Origin: Candidatus Latescibacterota bacterium | Lineage (GTDB): Bacteria > Latescibacterota > UBA2968 > UBA8231 | Direction of reading: 5' to 3' | DNA: 64,000 nt | Assembly (NCBI GenBank): GCA_965223905.1 | Contig: CBDCXV010000001.1 | Coordinates: forward strand, 384,001-448,000 | Shown here: positions 42,110 to 52,183 of the stretch, piece after piece | Layout of the letters: every line of letters begins with the position of its first letter | How positions within the stretch are numbered: position 1 is the first letter of the stretch | Made by a program: the position numbers and the translations under genes | The notes under the pieces: model-generated | What the model was told of the DNA's origin: nothing | Database searches by the model: none | Seen by the model: the letters and a program-made list of their open reading frames with translations, nothing else

Positions 42110-42761
42110 ATGTCGACTTCCGTACACATCGGCCAGACCATCCGGAACGCCTGCGTCTTCAACTTCCGCCGATACGAGAAATCCCCGATGAATGCGGATG
42201 CCCTGGTGCAAACCGTATCCCGCTTTTTTTCGCTTTTGGACGAACGGGAAGTCGAGTACTTGCTGGTCGGGGGCGTGGCGATGCTCCATTACGTTGAAGG
42301 GCGCAATACCGAAGACATCGACCTGATCGTGGGCGTCGCTTCCCTGGGGGCACTTCCCGAAATCACTATCGAACACCGGGACGGCCACTTTGCGTGCGGC
42401 AGGTTTGACGACCTGCGGGTGGAGTTGCTGCTGACCACCAATCCGCTCTTCGCCTTGGTGCAGCGGCGATACGCAACCCAGCACACTTTTCGGGAGCGCA
42501 GGATTCCCTGCGCAACGGTCGAGGGCCTCATCCTGCTCAAGCTGTACGCCCTTCCGTCCCTGTACCGCCAAGGCAACTTCGCCCCCGTTGGTCTCTACGA
42601 AAACGATCTCGCCACCCTGATGCACACCTACCAGCCCGACCTCGAACCACTCTTTGCGGATCTCGGTTCCCAGCTCAGCCCCGCCGGACCTGGGGGAGGT
42701 GCGCCGAATCACCGCAGAGCTCCAGCAGCGCATCGAGCGTTTCCGGCGTCCTTGGAAGTAG
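42110..42761 (+). pseudogene. Nucleotidyltransferase-fold protein (AbiEii-like), probable +1 frameshift near 42685
   Basis: LVGGVAM..GRNTEDID motif. The alternative frame gives a natural end, DLGEVRRITAELQQRIERFRRPWK*; the uncorrected ORF runs to 42847. Confidence 0.65.
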
Positions 42762-42856
42762 GTCCCCGTCTCTGCCCCTCGAAGGCCCGCTCCGGTCAGC
42801 CACTCCCCTGGAATCTCGAACGGCGGATGCGGTCCGGAGGCAGGTGAGTTGATACG

Positions 42857-43510
42857 ATGCACATAGAAAACCACCGGCTCCGGGGTGACGGAGTGGAGTT
42901 CACCGAATCGCCGAACATCGGCGACCCCTTCGCGCCGGGCTACCCCGACACCATCGTCATACACTACACCGCCTGCCGCGACGCGCGCGCGGCCATCGCC
43001 ACCCTGACCGATCCGGAGCGGAAGGTATCCGCACACCTCGTGGTCGTCCGGGAGGGGGCCGTCGCGCAGCTGGTTCCGTTCGATACGGTCGCCTGGCACG
43101 CCGGGGTCAGCGCGTGGAAGGGGCGCACCTCCCTCAACCGGTTTTCGCTCGGAATCGAGGTCGACAACGCCGGGCGTCTCGAAGCGAGGGACGGCCTGTA
43201 TCTCACCCGGTTCGGAGACAGCTGTCCGGCGGCGGAGACGGTGCGCGCCGTGCACCGCAACGAGACCGAGGTGGCGTACTGGCACGCCTATCCCGAGTCG
43301 CAGCTCGACGTAGTCGAGAAGCTCTGCCGTCTGCTGATAGCGGAGTACGGAATCGTCGAAATCGTCGGCCACGAGGAGATCGCCCCGGATCGCAAGGTCG
43401 ATCCGGGCCCCGCATTTCCCCTCGACGAGATGAGGATCCGGCTTCTGGGCGGGACGGGGCCCGGTGGACTGGCGAACGGTAGCGGGGCGGCACTTCAAAC
43501 GGCCTCGTAA
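42857..43510 (+). CDS. N-acetylmuramoyl-L-alanine amidase (Amidase_2, AmpD-like)
   Basis: IVIHYT, SAH, AWHAGVS, SLGIE, GHEEIAPDRKVDPG. Confidence 0.92.
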   Translation: MHIENHRLRGDGVEFTESPNIGDPFAPGYPDTIVIHYTACRDARAAIATLTDPERKVSAHLVVVREGAVAQLVPFDTVAWHAGVSAWKGRTSLNRFSLGIEVDNAGRLEARDGLYLTRFGDSCPAAETVRAVHRNETEVAYWHAYPESQLDVVEKLCRLLIAEYGIVEIVGHEEIAPDRKVDPGPAFPLDEMRIRLLGGTGPGGLANGSGAALQTAS

Positions 43511-43559
43511 CCACCGGAAAGCCGCCAGGCCGAACATTTACAGAAAGGGAGGCAGACGG

Positions 43560-44708
43560 ATGAAGATCACCGCCATAAAACCGGTCCTGGTCAGCGAAGG
43601 GGGCCGCAACTACTCCTTCGTGAAGGTGGAAACCGACGAGGGCATCTACGGTCTCGGCGAGGCCGGCGTCGGCCGCCGCGTCACCGCCGTGGCCGAGGTG
43701 TGGAAGTCGTTCGAGCGCGACCTCGCCGGAGCCGATCCGTTCCGCATCGAGCACCTCTGGCAGGTGATGTTTCGCGGCGGCTTCTTCCCGGGAGGGGTGG
43801 TGCAGACCGCGGCCGTGAGCGCCGTCGACATCGCCCTCTGGGACATCAAGGCGAAGGCGCTGAACGTCCCTGTCTACGAGCTTCTCGGCGGCCGCGTCAG
43901 GGACAAGGTGGCCTGCTATCCCCACGTCGTCGGCGCCGACACCGACAGCCTCGTGGCCGGCTGCCGGGCGCGCGCCGAAGCGGGGTGGAAGTTCGTGCGC
44001 TTCTCTGTCGACGACGTCGAGGGAAGAGAGCGGCTGTTCGAGCCGGGGCGTGCGCTGCGCCGGACCGTGGAAGGGGTGCGCGCCGTCCGCGAGGAGCTGG
44101 GAGAGGAGATTGAGATCTGCGTCGACGTGCACACCCGCCTCGACCCGCCGGACGCCATTCACTTCTGCCGCCAGGTGGAGCCCTACCGACCCTTCTTCAT
44201 CGAGGATCCGCTGCGCAGCGAGAATGCCGCCAGCCTGCGCACGGTGCGCCAGCAGACCAGCGTGCCCCTGGCGATCGGCGAGCAGTTCGCCAGCAAGTGG
44301 CAGTTCCGCGAGGTCCTGGAGGAGGACCTGCTCGACTACTGCCGCCTCGACCTGTGCATCGTCGGCGGTCTCACGGAAGGCAGGAAGATCGCCGGCTGGT
44401 GCGAGACCCATTACGTCGCCCTGGCGCCGCACAATCCCCTCGGCCCGGTCTGTACCGCGGCCAGCCTGCACTTCTGCCTCGCCTCGTCGCTGGTCGGGGT
44501 GCAGGAGCTGTCGCGCGAGCCTGGGACCGTCCTGAACGACGTCTTCCCCGTCCAGGTCGGCTTCGCCGACGGCCACCTGCTGGTGCCGGACGGCCCGGGG
44601 CTCGGGGTCGAGATCGACGACGAGGCCGCGGCCGCCAATCCCCACGTCGAGAACGACGGCCCGGTCTTGGGGTACCGCCGCGTGGACGGCTCCTATTCCA
44701 ACTGGTAG
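43560..44708 (+). CDS. Mandelate racemase/galactonate dehydratase-like enolase-superfamily enzyme
   Basis: SAVDIALWDIK, DVH, IEDP, GE, PHNPLGP. Confidence 0.9.
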   Translation: MKITAIKPVLVSEGGRNYSFVKVETDEGIYGLGEAGVGRRVTAVAEVWKSFERDLAGADPFRIEHLWQVMFRGGFFPGGVVQTAAVSAVDIALWDIKAKALNVPVYELLGGRVRDKVACYPHVVGADTDSLVAGCRARAEAGWKFVRFSVDDVEGRERLFEPGRALRRTVEGVRAVREELGEEIEICVDVHTRLDPPDAIHFCRQVEPYRPFFIEDPLRSENAASLRTVRQQTSVPLAIGEQFASKWQFREVLEEDLLDYCRLDLCIVGGLTEGRKIAGWCETHYVALAPHNPLGPVCTAASLHFCLASSLVGVQELSREPGTVLNDVFPVQVGFADGHLLVPDGPGLGVEIDDEAAAANPHVENDGPVLGYRRVDGSYSNW

Positions 44709-44784
44709 CGAGGGTCCGGAAGCCGGGTGCGGGTTCCGAACCCCGGGGTCAACCCGTATTATTGACCTACCCTCCTGGCACCTC

Positions 44785-47025
44785 ATGGTTCTACTCCTTC
44801 TCGCAATCGTCCTCATCCCGATACCGGACCCTGCCGGGGCCGACGGCTGGCCCCACTGGAGGGGCCCCGGCCATAACGGCGCTTCCGGCGAGACCGGTCT
44901 GGTTTCGGCCTGGTCCCGATCCGGAAGCGGCCTGCTCTGGAGCGCCGACTTCAGCGGCCGCTCGACTCCCATCCTCATGAACGGCCGTGTCTACGTCATC
45001 GGCCGGGTCGGAGAGGGGATCACCGAGCAGGAGCGCATCGCCTGCTTCGACGCCGGCACCGGCGCCCTGCTCTGGGAGGACCGACTCAACGTCTTCCACA
45101 CCACGATCCCGTTCAACCGCGTCGGCTGGGCCAACCTCGCCGGCGATCCCGAGACCGGCAACGTCTACGCCCACGGGGTACAGGGGATCTTCAACTGCTA
45201 CTCCGGCCACGGCGAGCTGCTGTGGTCGCGGTCGCTGACCGAGGAGTTCGGCCGCATCTCCGGATACGGGGGCCGCACCCACACCCCGTTCGTCGACGGC
45301 GACCTCGTGGTGATCTCGTTCCTCAACTCGAGCTGGGGGAACCAGGCCGTGCCCCGGCACCGGTATTTCGCCTTCGACAAGAACGGCGGCGAGGTGGTGT
45401 GGGTGTCGACTCCGGGCGGGCGGCCCCTCGACACCACCTATTCGACCCCCGTGGCCGCCGATATCGGCGGGCAGCGGCTGATGATCGCCGGCAACGCCGA
45501 CGGGGCCGTTTACGCCCTGCGCGCGGCGACCGGAGAGAAGGTGTGGGGCTTCCGGCTCAGCAAGCGCGGCATCAACGTCTCCGTAGTAGCCGGCGGCGGC
45601 CGGGTCTACGTCTCCCACAGCGAGGAGAACGTCGACAACACCGAAATGGGCCGTGTCGTCTGCATCGACGCCACCGGCACGGGGGACGTGACCGGCACCG
45701 GGGAAATCTGGCGCCGCGACGCCTTTCTGGCCGGCTACGCCTCGCCCGCTCTCGACGACGGCAGGCTCTACGTCGTCGACAACTCCGCCAACCTGCTCTG
45801 CCTCGACGCCGGCGACGGGACCCTGCTCTGGGAGCGCAACATCGGCACCATCGGCAGGGGCTCCCCCGTGGTCGCCGGCGGCAAGATCTTCGTCGCCACC
45901 GTCAACGGCAGGTTCGAGATCCTGCAGCCGGGAGAGGGGGAGTGCCTGCTCCTCGACGAGGAGCTGCTGGCCGCGGAAGGGGGACGGCCGCTGGAGATCT
46001 ACGGCTCGCCGGCGGTCGCCTGGGGCTGCGTCTACTTCGCGACCGAAAACGGGCTGTTCTGCCTCGGCGATTCCTACCGCGGGCCTTCGACATCCGCACC
46101 CTCCGGCTCTTCGGCAGCGCCGCCGGGTGCCCCTGTTCCGGCGGATAACCCGCCTGCATCGATTCAGCTCGTTCCGGCGGAGGTTCTTCTCGCCCCGGGA
46201 GAGTCGGCGCGGTTCGCCGCCCGCCTCTTCGATGCCGCGGGCAGGCTGTTGTCGGATGCAGGCGCCGGCCCGCAGTCCGTGGACTGGAGCCTCGAAGAGC
46301 TGGCGGGGGAAGTCGAGGCGGAAGAAGCGGCAACGGCCCTTTTCACCGCGGTTCCCGAGGTTTCGCAGACCGGCCTCGTAAGCGCGAGCCTCCGTTTCGG
46401 GCCCGAGGAGAGGGCGGCCCTGGCCGCACTCGCCCGGGTGCGCGTGGCCGCGGAGCGCGGCTGGAGCGAAGACTTCGAGTCCCTGAGCGCGACCGAAGGG
46501 GAGAACGCCGCCCCCGCCCACTGGATCGGCTCGGCGCGCAAGTTCTTCGTCCGCGAGCTCGACGGCAGCAAGGTCCTGGCAAAACCTCTGGCAAAGCGCG
46601 GTCTGCAGCGTTCCAACGTCTACCTCGGCCCGCCGGGGATGTCGGGATACACCATCCAGGCGGACATGATGGCCGCCCGGGGCAAGCGCAACCGTCCCGA
46701 CATGGGGCTGATCGCCAACCGCTATACCCTCGACATGATGGGCAACCACCAGCGCCTGCAGATCCGCTCCTGGGCCTCCGACCTGCGCATGGCGAAAACC
46801 ATCGACTTCGAGTGGGAACCGGAGGTCTGGTACACCGTCAGGATGACCGTGGATGTCGAAGCGGACAGGGCGGTCGTCAAGGGCAAGGTCTGGCGCCGCG
46901 GCGAAGACGAGCCGCAGGACTGGACGATCGAAGCGGAGGACCCGCTGCCGAACCGCAACGGAAGTCCGGGGCTCTACGGGTACTCCGCCGCCGAGATTTT
47001 CTACGACAACGTCCGCGTTTGGTAG
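44785..47025 (+). CDS. Secreted PQQ-like beta-propeller protein with Ig-like and C-terminal beta-sandwich domains
   Basis: Signal peptide, WPHWRGP, repeated D..TG..LW and S(T)P blades. Confidence 0.88.
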   Translation: MVLLLLAIVLIPIPDPAGADGWPHWRGPGHNGASGETGLVSAWSRSGSGLLWSADFSGRSTPILMNGRVYVIGRVGEGITEQERIACFDAGTGALLWEDRLNVFHTTIPFNRVGWANLAGDPETGNVYAHGVQGIFNCYSGHGELLWSRSLTEEFGRISGYGGRTHTPFVDGDLVVISFLNSSWGNQAVPRHRYFAFDKNGGEVVWVSTPGGRPLDTTYSTPVAADIGGQRLMIAGNADGAVYALRAATGEKVWGFRLSKRGINVSVVAGGGRVYVSHSEENVDNTEMGRVVCIDATGTGDVTGTGEIWRRDAFLAGYASPALDDGRLYVVDNSANLLCLDAGDGTLLWERNIGTIGRGSPVVAGGKIFVATVNGRFEILQPGEGECLLLDEELLAAEGGRPLEIYGSPAVAWGCVYFATENGLFCLGDSYRGPSTSAPSGSSAAPPGAPVPADNPPASIQLVPAEVLLAPGESARFAARLFDAAGRLLSDAGAGPQSVDWSLEELAGEVEAEEAATALFTAVPEVSQTGLVSASLRFGPEERAALAALARVRVAAERGWSEDFESLSATEGENAAPAHWIGSARKFFVRELDGSKVLAKPLAKRGLQRSNVYLGPPGMSGYTIQADMMAARGKRNRPDMGLIANRYTLDMMGNHQRLQIRSWASDLRMAKTIDFEWEPEVWYTVRMTVDVEADRAVVKGKVWRRGEDEPQDWTIEAEDPLPNRNGSPGLYGYSAAEIFYDNVRVW

Positions 47026-47045
47026 CGGCACGGGGGGAAACAGGA

Positions 47046-48491
47046 ATGATGAAGGGTGTCTTCTCGAAGCCGCGACTCCGCGGTGCGGTCCTGGCCGCCA
47101 TGGCCGCAGCTGCGCCGGCCGCGGCTGCTGAAACCGCGATGTTCGGCTTCACCCCGGGACGCAACATGACTGTCGAGGCCAGTTCCCTGCCGGCCGGCTG
47201 GAACGTGGAGACCGGGGAGGGAATCCTGTGGACGGCGCAGCTCGGCTCCCAGACCTACGCCGGCCCCCTGATCCACGGGGGCAAGGTGTTCGTCGGCACC
47301 AACAACCAGGCGCTGTACAACGGGAAACTCACCGGCGACCGCGGCGTCATCGCCGCCTTCGCGCTGGGAGACGGCAGCTTCCTGTGGCAGTCGACGCACA
47401 CCAAGCTCCCTTCCGGGCGGGTCAACGACTGGCCGCAGCAGGGAGTCTGCTCGACCCCGTACGCCGAGGGGGAGCGCCTGTACTACATATCCAACCGCTG
47501 CGAGGTCGTCGCCGCGGACACCGAGGGGTTCCGCGACGGCGAGAACGACGGGCCCTACCGGGACGAGGCGGATTCCAGCGACATCGACGGGGACGTCGTG
47601 TGGAAGCTCGACATGATCGAGGAGCTCAACGTCTTCCCGCACAACCTGGCCGTCTGCTCTCCCGTGGCGGCCGGCGACCTGCTGTTCGTTATCACCGGCA
47701 ACGGCGTCGATGAAGGCCACGTCCACATCCCGTCGCCGTTCGCCCCCAGCTTCATCGCCGTCGACAAGAGAACGGGCGAGTTGGCCTGGGAGGACGCCTC
47801 CCCGGGGGAGAACATCCTCCACGGCCAGTGGTCGAACCCGGCTTACGGGGTCATCGCCGGCCGCCCCCAGGTGATCTTCTCCGGCGGCGACGGCTGGGTC
47901 TACGCCCTCGACCCGGCGACCGGCGCGCTGCTCTGGAAGTTCGACTGCAACCCCAAGGAATCGGTCTGGGAGCTGGGGGGCAGGGGGACGCGCAACGCCA
48001 TCATCTCGACCCCCGTCATCTACGGGAACCGCGTCATCATCGGCGTCGGCCAGGATCCCGAGCACGGCGAAGGGGTGGGCAACCTGTGGTGCATCGACGC
48101 CACCGGAAACGGCGACGTCACCGCGACCGCGGGGGTCTGGCACCTCGGGGGCAGGAGCTTTCACCGCACCATGTCGACGGCCGCCGTCGAAGGGGGCCTG
48201 GTGTACCTCGCCGACCTCAGCGGCTTCGTCTACTGCATCGACGCCGAGACCGGTGAGGTGCAGTGGAAGTACGACGCCTTCGCGGCGATCTGGGGGTCCG
48301 CCCTGGTCGCCGACGGCAAGGTCTACATCGGCGACGAGGACGGCGACGTGGCCATCCTCAAGACCGGGCGCGAGCTCGAGGTGATCGCCGAGATCAACAT
48401 GGGCAGCTCGGTGTACACCACCCCGGTCGCCGACTCCGGCATCCTCTACATAGCCAGCCGCAACCGCCTGTTCGCCATCGGTGCGCCGTAG
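47046..48491 (+). CDS. Secreted PQQ-like beta-propeller protein
   Basis: Signal peptide, GSQTYAGP, GVCSTP, repeated D..TG..W blades. Confidence 0.88.
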   Translation: MMKGVFSKPRLRGAVLAAMAAAAPAAAAETAMFGFTPGRNMTVEASSLPAGWNVETGEGILWTAQLGSQTYAGPLIHGGKVFVGTNNQALYNGKLTGDRGVIAAFALGDGSFLWQSTHTKLPSGRVNDWPQQGVCSTPYAEGERLYYISNRCEVVAADTEGFRDGENDGPYRDEADSSDIDGDVVWKLDMIEELNVFPHNLAVCSPVAAGDLLFVITGNGVDEGHVHIPSPFAPSFIAVDKRTGELAWEDASPGENILHGQWSNPAYGVIAGRPQVIFSGGDGWVYALDPATGALLWKFDCNPKESVWELGGRGTRNAIISTPVIYGNRVIIGVGQDPEHGEGVGNLWCIDATGNGDVTATAGVWHLGGRSFHRTMSTAAVEGGLVYLADLSGFVYCIDAETGEVQWKYDAFAAIWGSALVADGKVYIGDEDGDVAILKTGRELEVIAEINMGSSVYTTPVADSGILYIASRNRLFAIGAP

Positions 48492-48501
48492 CCGTCCGGG
48501 G

Positions 48502-49605
48502 ATGAGCGCGACCCCGGCAGAAAACCCGCCCGCCTCCCTGGCCGCGAAGGCCGCCGCTGCCCGGGAGCGGCTCGACGCCCACGTGCGCGAGCTGGTGCGC
48601 TGGCATTTCGGCCCCGATACCGGGTGCCCCTTCTGGCTCCAGTTCGCCGGACAGCTCGACTTCGACCCCCGCACCGAGATCGGCGGCTACGATGACCTGA
48701 AGCTGCTCGGGCACTTCCGCGACGAGTGGCTGCGCGGCGGGCCGGTGCGCAGGTGGGTGCCCAAGGCGTACGCGAACGATCCCGTGTACGTGTTCGAGAC
48801 CGGCGGCTCGACCGGCCTTCCCAAGAACCGCATCAACATCCGCGACTTCGAGATCGACTACCGGCAGTTCGGCGAGCGCCTTTCCGAAGAGGGGTTCCCA
48901 CAGGGCGGCGACTGGCTGATGCTGGGACCGACGGGACCGCGGCGACTGCGCCTGGCGGTCGAGCGCCTGGCCCAGATGCGCGGCGGCATCTGCTTCTTCG
49001 TCGACCTCGACCCCCGCTGGGTCAACAACCTGATCCGCCGCCGGGCCCACCAGGAGCTCGAGGCCTACAAGAGCCACGTCGTCGACCAGGGGCTGAAGAT
49101 CCTGCGCGCCCACGACAGCGTCCGCTGCCTGTTCACGACCCCGAGGCTGCTCGAGGCGCTGTGCGAGAAGGTCTCGCTCCCAAGGGCCGGGATCACCGGG
49201 ATCTTCTGCGGCGGCACCGAGATGGACGCCCAGTTCCACCGCTTCGCCCGCGAGGAGCTCGTCCCCGGCATCGACTTCGTGCCGACCTACGGCAACACCC
49301 TGATGGGTTTGGCGCACTGCCGGCCCTTCGAGCCGGGGCTGGGATACGACATCATCTACCATCCGCCGCACCCGCGCGCCGTCATCGAGCTCGTGGACCG
49401 GGAAGACAGCAGCCGTACGGTCGCCTACGGGGAGACCGGGCGGGTGATGCTGACGACGCTCACGCGGGAGTTCTTCATGCCCCGCTTTCTCGAGCGCGAC
49501 GAGGGGGAGCGCGCCGAGCCGGTCGACGACTACCCGTGGGACGGGGTCGCCAACGTGCGCCTGCTGTCGTCGCTGCAGGAGTCCGTGACCGTAGGGGTGT
49601 ACTGA
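48502..49605 (+). CDS. EhpF/GriC-like adenylate-forming (arylcarboxylate-activating) enzyme
   Basis: WHF..TG.PFWL, ETGGSTGLPK, GPTGP, FFVDLDPRWV, TTP, GGTE, YGNT, ERD and C-terminal GVY match my recollection of EhpF. Confidence 0.8.
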   Translation: MSATPAENPPASLAAKAAAARERLDAHVRELVRWHFGPDTGCPFWLQFAGQLDFDPRTEIGGYDDLKLLGHFRDEWLRGGPVRRWVPKAYANDPVYVFETGGSTGLPKNRINIRDFEIDYRQFGERLSEEGFPQGGDWLMLGPTGPRRLRLAVERLAQMRGGICFFVDLDPRWVNNLIRRRAHQELEAYKSHVVDQGLKILRAHDSVRCLFTTPRLLEALCEKVSLPRAGITGIFCGGTEMDAQFHRFAREELVPGIDFVPTYGNTLMGLAHCRPFEPGLGYDIIYHPPHPRAVIELVDREDSSRTVAYGETGRVMLTTLTREFFMPRFLERDEGERAEPVDDYPWDGVANVRLLSSLQESVTVGVY

Positions 49606-49610
49606 CCGCC

Positions 49611-51047
49611 ATGGCCGCACCCTGCCACATCCCGATTCTCAGACAGGGAGAGCCGTACCGCAGCCTGCGCCTGGAAACCCTGCGGCACACAGCCGGGGGC
49701 GAGCCGGTCGCCGAGGTCTCCCAGGCCAACGCCGGCCTCATGGCGCGCGATCTGTCGCGGGCCCACCTCGCGCAGCAGCAGCTGGCAGCGCTGCCGGCGG
49801 AAGAGCTGCTGCGGATCTGCCGCCGCGCCGGCGAGCTGTTCGCCTCCGCCGACCTGCCGCTCGGGGAGCAGGCGCAGCCCTTCGACACCTACGTCGCGCA
49901 GCTGTCGGCCACCACCGGACTGCCCCGGACCCTGTGCCGCAGCAATGCCGCCAAGATCGCCTCCGCCCTCGGACAGATGGCCGAGATCGTCGGCGGACTG
50001 ACGCGCGGCGCCGGGCTCGATATCATCGACAGCGGCTGGGGGGAGCAGGGCGCCCGCCCGCTCAGCTACCGGCGCCTGGCCGACGCTCTCGGAGCGGTGC
50101 TGCCCAACAATTCCCCCGGGGTGCACACCCTGTGGCTGCCTGCGCCGGCTCTGAAGATTCCGGTGGCGCTGAAGCCGGGCAGCAGGGAGCCGTGGACTCC
50201 CTTCCGCATCGCCCAGGCCTTCATCGCCGCCGGCTGTCCCCCGGCCGGCTTCAGCCTCTATCCCGGCGGCCACGACATCGCCGGGGAGCTGCTGCTCCGC
50301 TGCGGCCGCTCGCTGCTGTTCGGGGGAGAGGAGACGGTCGCCCCCTGGGCCGGCGACCCCCGCGTCGAGATACACGGCCCTGGGTGCAGCAAGATCCTGT
50401 TCGGCAGCGATGCCGCCGGCGACTGGGAAAGGCATCTGCCGCTGCTGCTCTCCTCGGTCGCCGACAACGGCGGCCGCTCCTGTATCAATGCCTCCGGGGT
50501 GTGGGTTCCCGCCCGGGGGCGCGAGATCGCCGAGGCCCTGGCCCGGCGCCTGTCCGAGATCGAGCCGCTTCCCCTCGACCACCCCGAGGCCGCCCTCGCC
50601 GCCTTCCCGGACCCGGACGCGGCCCGGCGGATTTCCGACTTCATCGATCAGAGGCTGGAAACTCCCGGGGCCGCCGACCTGACCGCGGCGGTTCGGGCAA
50701 ACGGCCGCGTCGCCACCGCCGGCGGGTGCACCTTCCTGCGCCCGACGGTGATCTGGTGCGAGGATCCGGAGCACCCGCTCGCCGACACCGAGTTCCTGTT
50801 CCCGTTCGTCGCCGTGGTCGAGGCTCCCGCGGAAGAGATGGCGGAACGGATCGGCCCTTCCCTCGTCGTCACCGCCGTGACCGAAGACGCGACGCTACGG
50901 GCGCAGCTGATGGGCTCTTCCAGGATCGACCGCCTCAACTTCGGGGAGGTGCCGACGAACGAGATCTCCTGGGACCAGCCGCACGAGGGAAACCTGTTCG
51001 AGCTGCTCTACAGGCAGCGGGCCTTCACCATGAGGCGGCGCGCCTGA
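49611..51047 (+). CDS. Aldehyde dehydrogenase-fold protein, EhpG/GriD/LuxC-like reductase
   Basis: LPNNSP, LKPG..EP, GRSCINAS catalytic Cys, EFLFPF; HGPG in place of the usual ELGG. Confidence 0.82.
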   Translation: MAAPCHIPILRQGEPYRSLRLETLRHTAGGEPVAEVSQANAGLMARDLSRAHLAQQQLAALPAEELLRICRRAGELFASADLPLGEQAQPFDTYVAQLSATTGLPRTLCRSNAAKIASALGQMAEIVGGLTRGAGLDIIDSGWGEQGARPLSYRRLADALGAVLPNNSPGVHTLWLPAPALKIPVALKPGSREPWTPFRIAQAFIAAGCPPAGFSLYPGGHDIAGELLLRCGRSLLFGGEETVAPWAGDPRVEIHGPGCSKILFGSDAAGDWERHLPLLLSSVADNGGRSCINASGVWVPARGREIAEALARRLSEIEPLPLDHPEAALAAFPDPDAARRISDFIDQRLETPGAADLTAAVRANGRVATAGGCTFLRPTVIWCEDPEHPLADTEFLFPFVAVVEAPAEEMAERIGPSLVVTAVTEDATLRAQLMGSSRIDRLNFGEVPTNEISWDQPHEGNLFELLYRQRAFTMRRRA

Positions 51048-52183
51048 TGCAGGGGTTCGAGTACGAGAGCGTAACCCGCCTGGTGTTCGGCACCGGGGCC
51101 CTGGCCAGGCTCGGCGGTCTGGCCGCAGAGCTCGGGGCCGGGCAGGTGCTGGTGGTCACCGACCCCGGCATCGCCGCCGCCGGCATCCTCGACAGGGCGA
51201 CCGAATCCCTCGCCGCGGCCGGATTGCAATACGCCGTCTTCGACGGGGTCGAGAAGAATCCTGGCAGCCGCCACGTCGAGACCGGGCGCCGCTTCGCCGA
51301 GGAGCTGCCGCGGCCGGCCGACTTCGTCGTCGCTCTTGGCGGCGGCAGCGCCATGGACTGCGCCAAGGGAATCAACTTCCTGCTGACCAACGGCGGCCGC
51401 ATCGAGGAGTACCGCGGCGACGGCAAGGCGAAAAAACCGCTGCTCCCGGCCATCGGCGTCCCGACTACCGCGGGGACCGGCAGCGAGGCCCAGCGCTTCG
51501 CCCTGATCGGGGAAGCGGAGAGCCGCATGAAGATGGCCATCGGCGACCGCACCGCCCGCTTCCGCGTCGCCCTGCTCGATCCCGAGCTGACCGCGACGGC
51601 TCCGCGAGAGGTGGCCGCGGCCGCGGCGGCCGACGCCATTTCGCACGCCGTGGAGAGCTTCGCCAGCGCCAACGGCAATGAGGTCTCGCGGATGTTCGCA
51701 GGCCGCGCGCTGCAGCTTCTGGCGGCCAACCTGCGCGAAAGCCTGCGCGCCGGCTCGGTCGCGGCGCGCGCCGGCATGCTGCTCGGAGCCCACTGGGCCG
51801 GGGCCGCCATCGAGAACTCGATGCTGGGGGCCGCCCACGCCTGCGCCAACCCCCTGACGGCCCGCTACGGGATCACCCACGGAGTGGCGGTCGGGGTGAT
51901 GCTGCCGCACGTGATCCGCTTCAACGGCGCCGCGGTCGACGGAAGCTACACCGAGCTTGCAAGAGCGGCCGGTCTGGAGGGGGCGGGGGCGGAGGCCCTG
52001 GCGGAGTGCGTGCGCTGCTGGAACGCCGAGGCGGACCTGCCTGAACGCCTGCGCGATCTCGACGTCGAAGCGGCCTCCCTGCCGGGCCTCGCGCGCGAGG
52101 CCGCGGCGCAGAGAACGGCGCGCTTCAATCCCCGGCCCGCTGGAGAGCGGGAGCTCGCGGGCCTGTACGAGGCGGCCTTCTGA
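51047..52183 (+). CDS. Iron-containing alcohol dehydrogenase
   Basis: GGGSAMDCAK, PTTAGTGSE, DAISHAVE, H..A, HG metal ligands. Confidence 0.93.
   Translation: MQGFEYESVTRLVFGTGALARLGGLAAELGAGQVLVVTDPGIAAAGILDRATESLAAAGLQYAVFDGVEKNPGSRHVETGRRFAEELPRPADFVVALGGGSAMDCAKGINFLLTNGGRIEEYRGDGKAKKPLLPAIGVPTTAGTGSEAQRFALIGEAESRMKMAIGDRTARFRVALLDPELTATAPREVAAAAAADAISHAVESFASANGNEVSRMFAGRALQLLAANLRESLRAGSVAARAGMLLGAHWAGAAIENSMLGAAHACANPLTARYGITHGVAVGVMLPHVIRFNGAAVDGSYTELARAAGLEGAGAEALAECVRCWNAEADLPERLRDLDVEAASLPGLAREAAAQRTARFNPRPAGERELAGLYEAAF

Noticed and set aside
48502-51047. Phenazine biosynthesis or bioluminescence (luxCE) assignment
   Set aside because: No phzA-G or luxAB/luxD genes are in the window; only the reductase-type pair is present.
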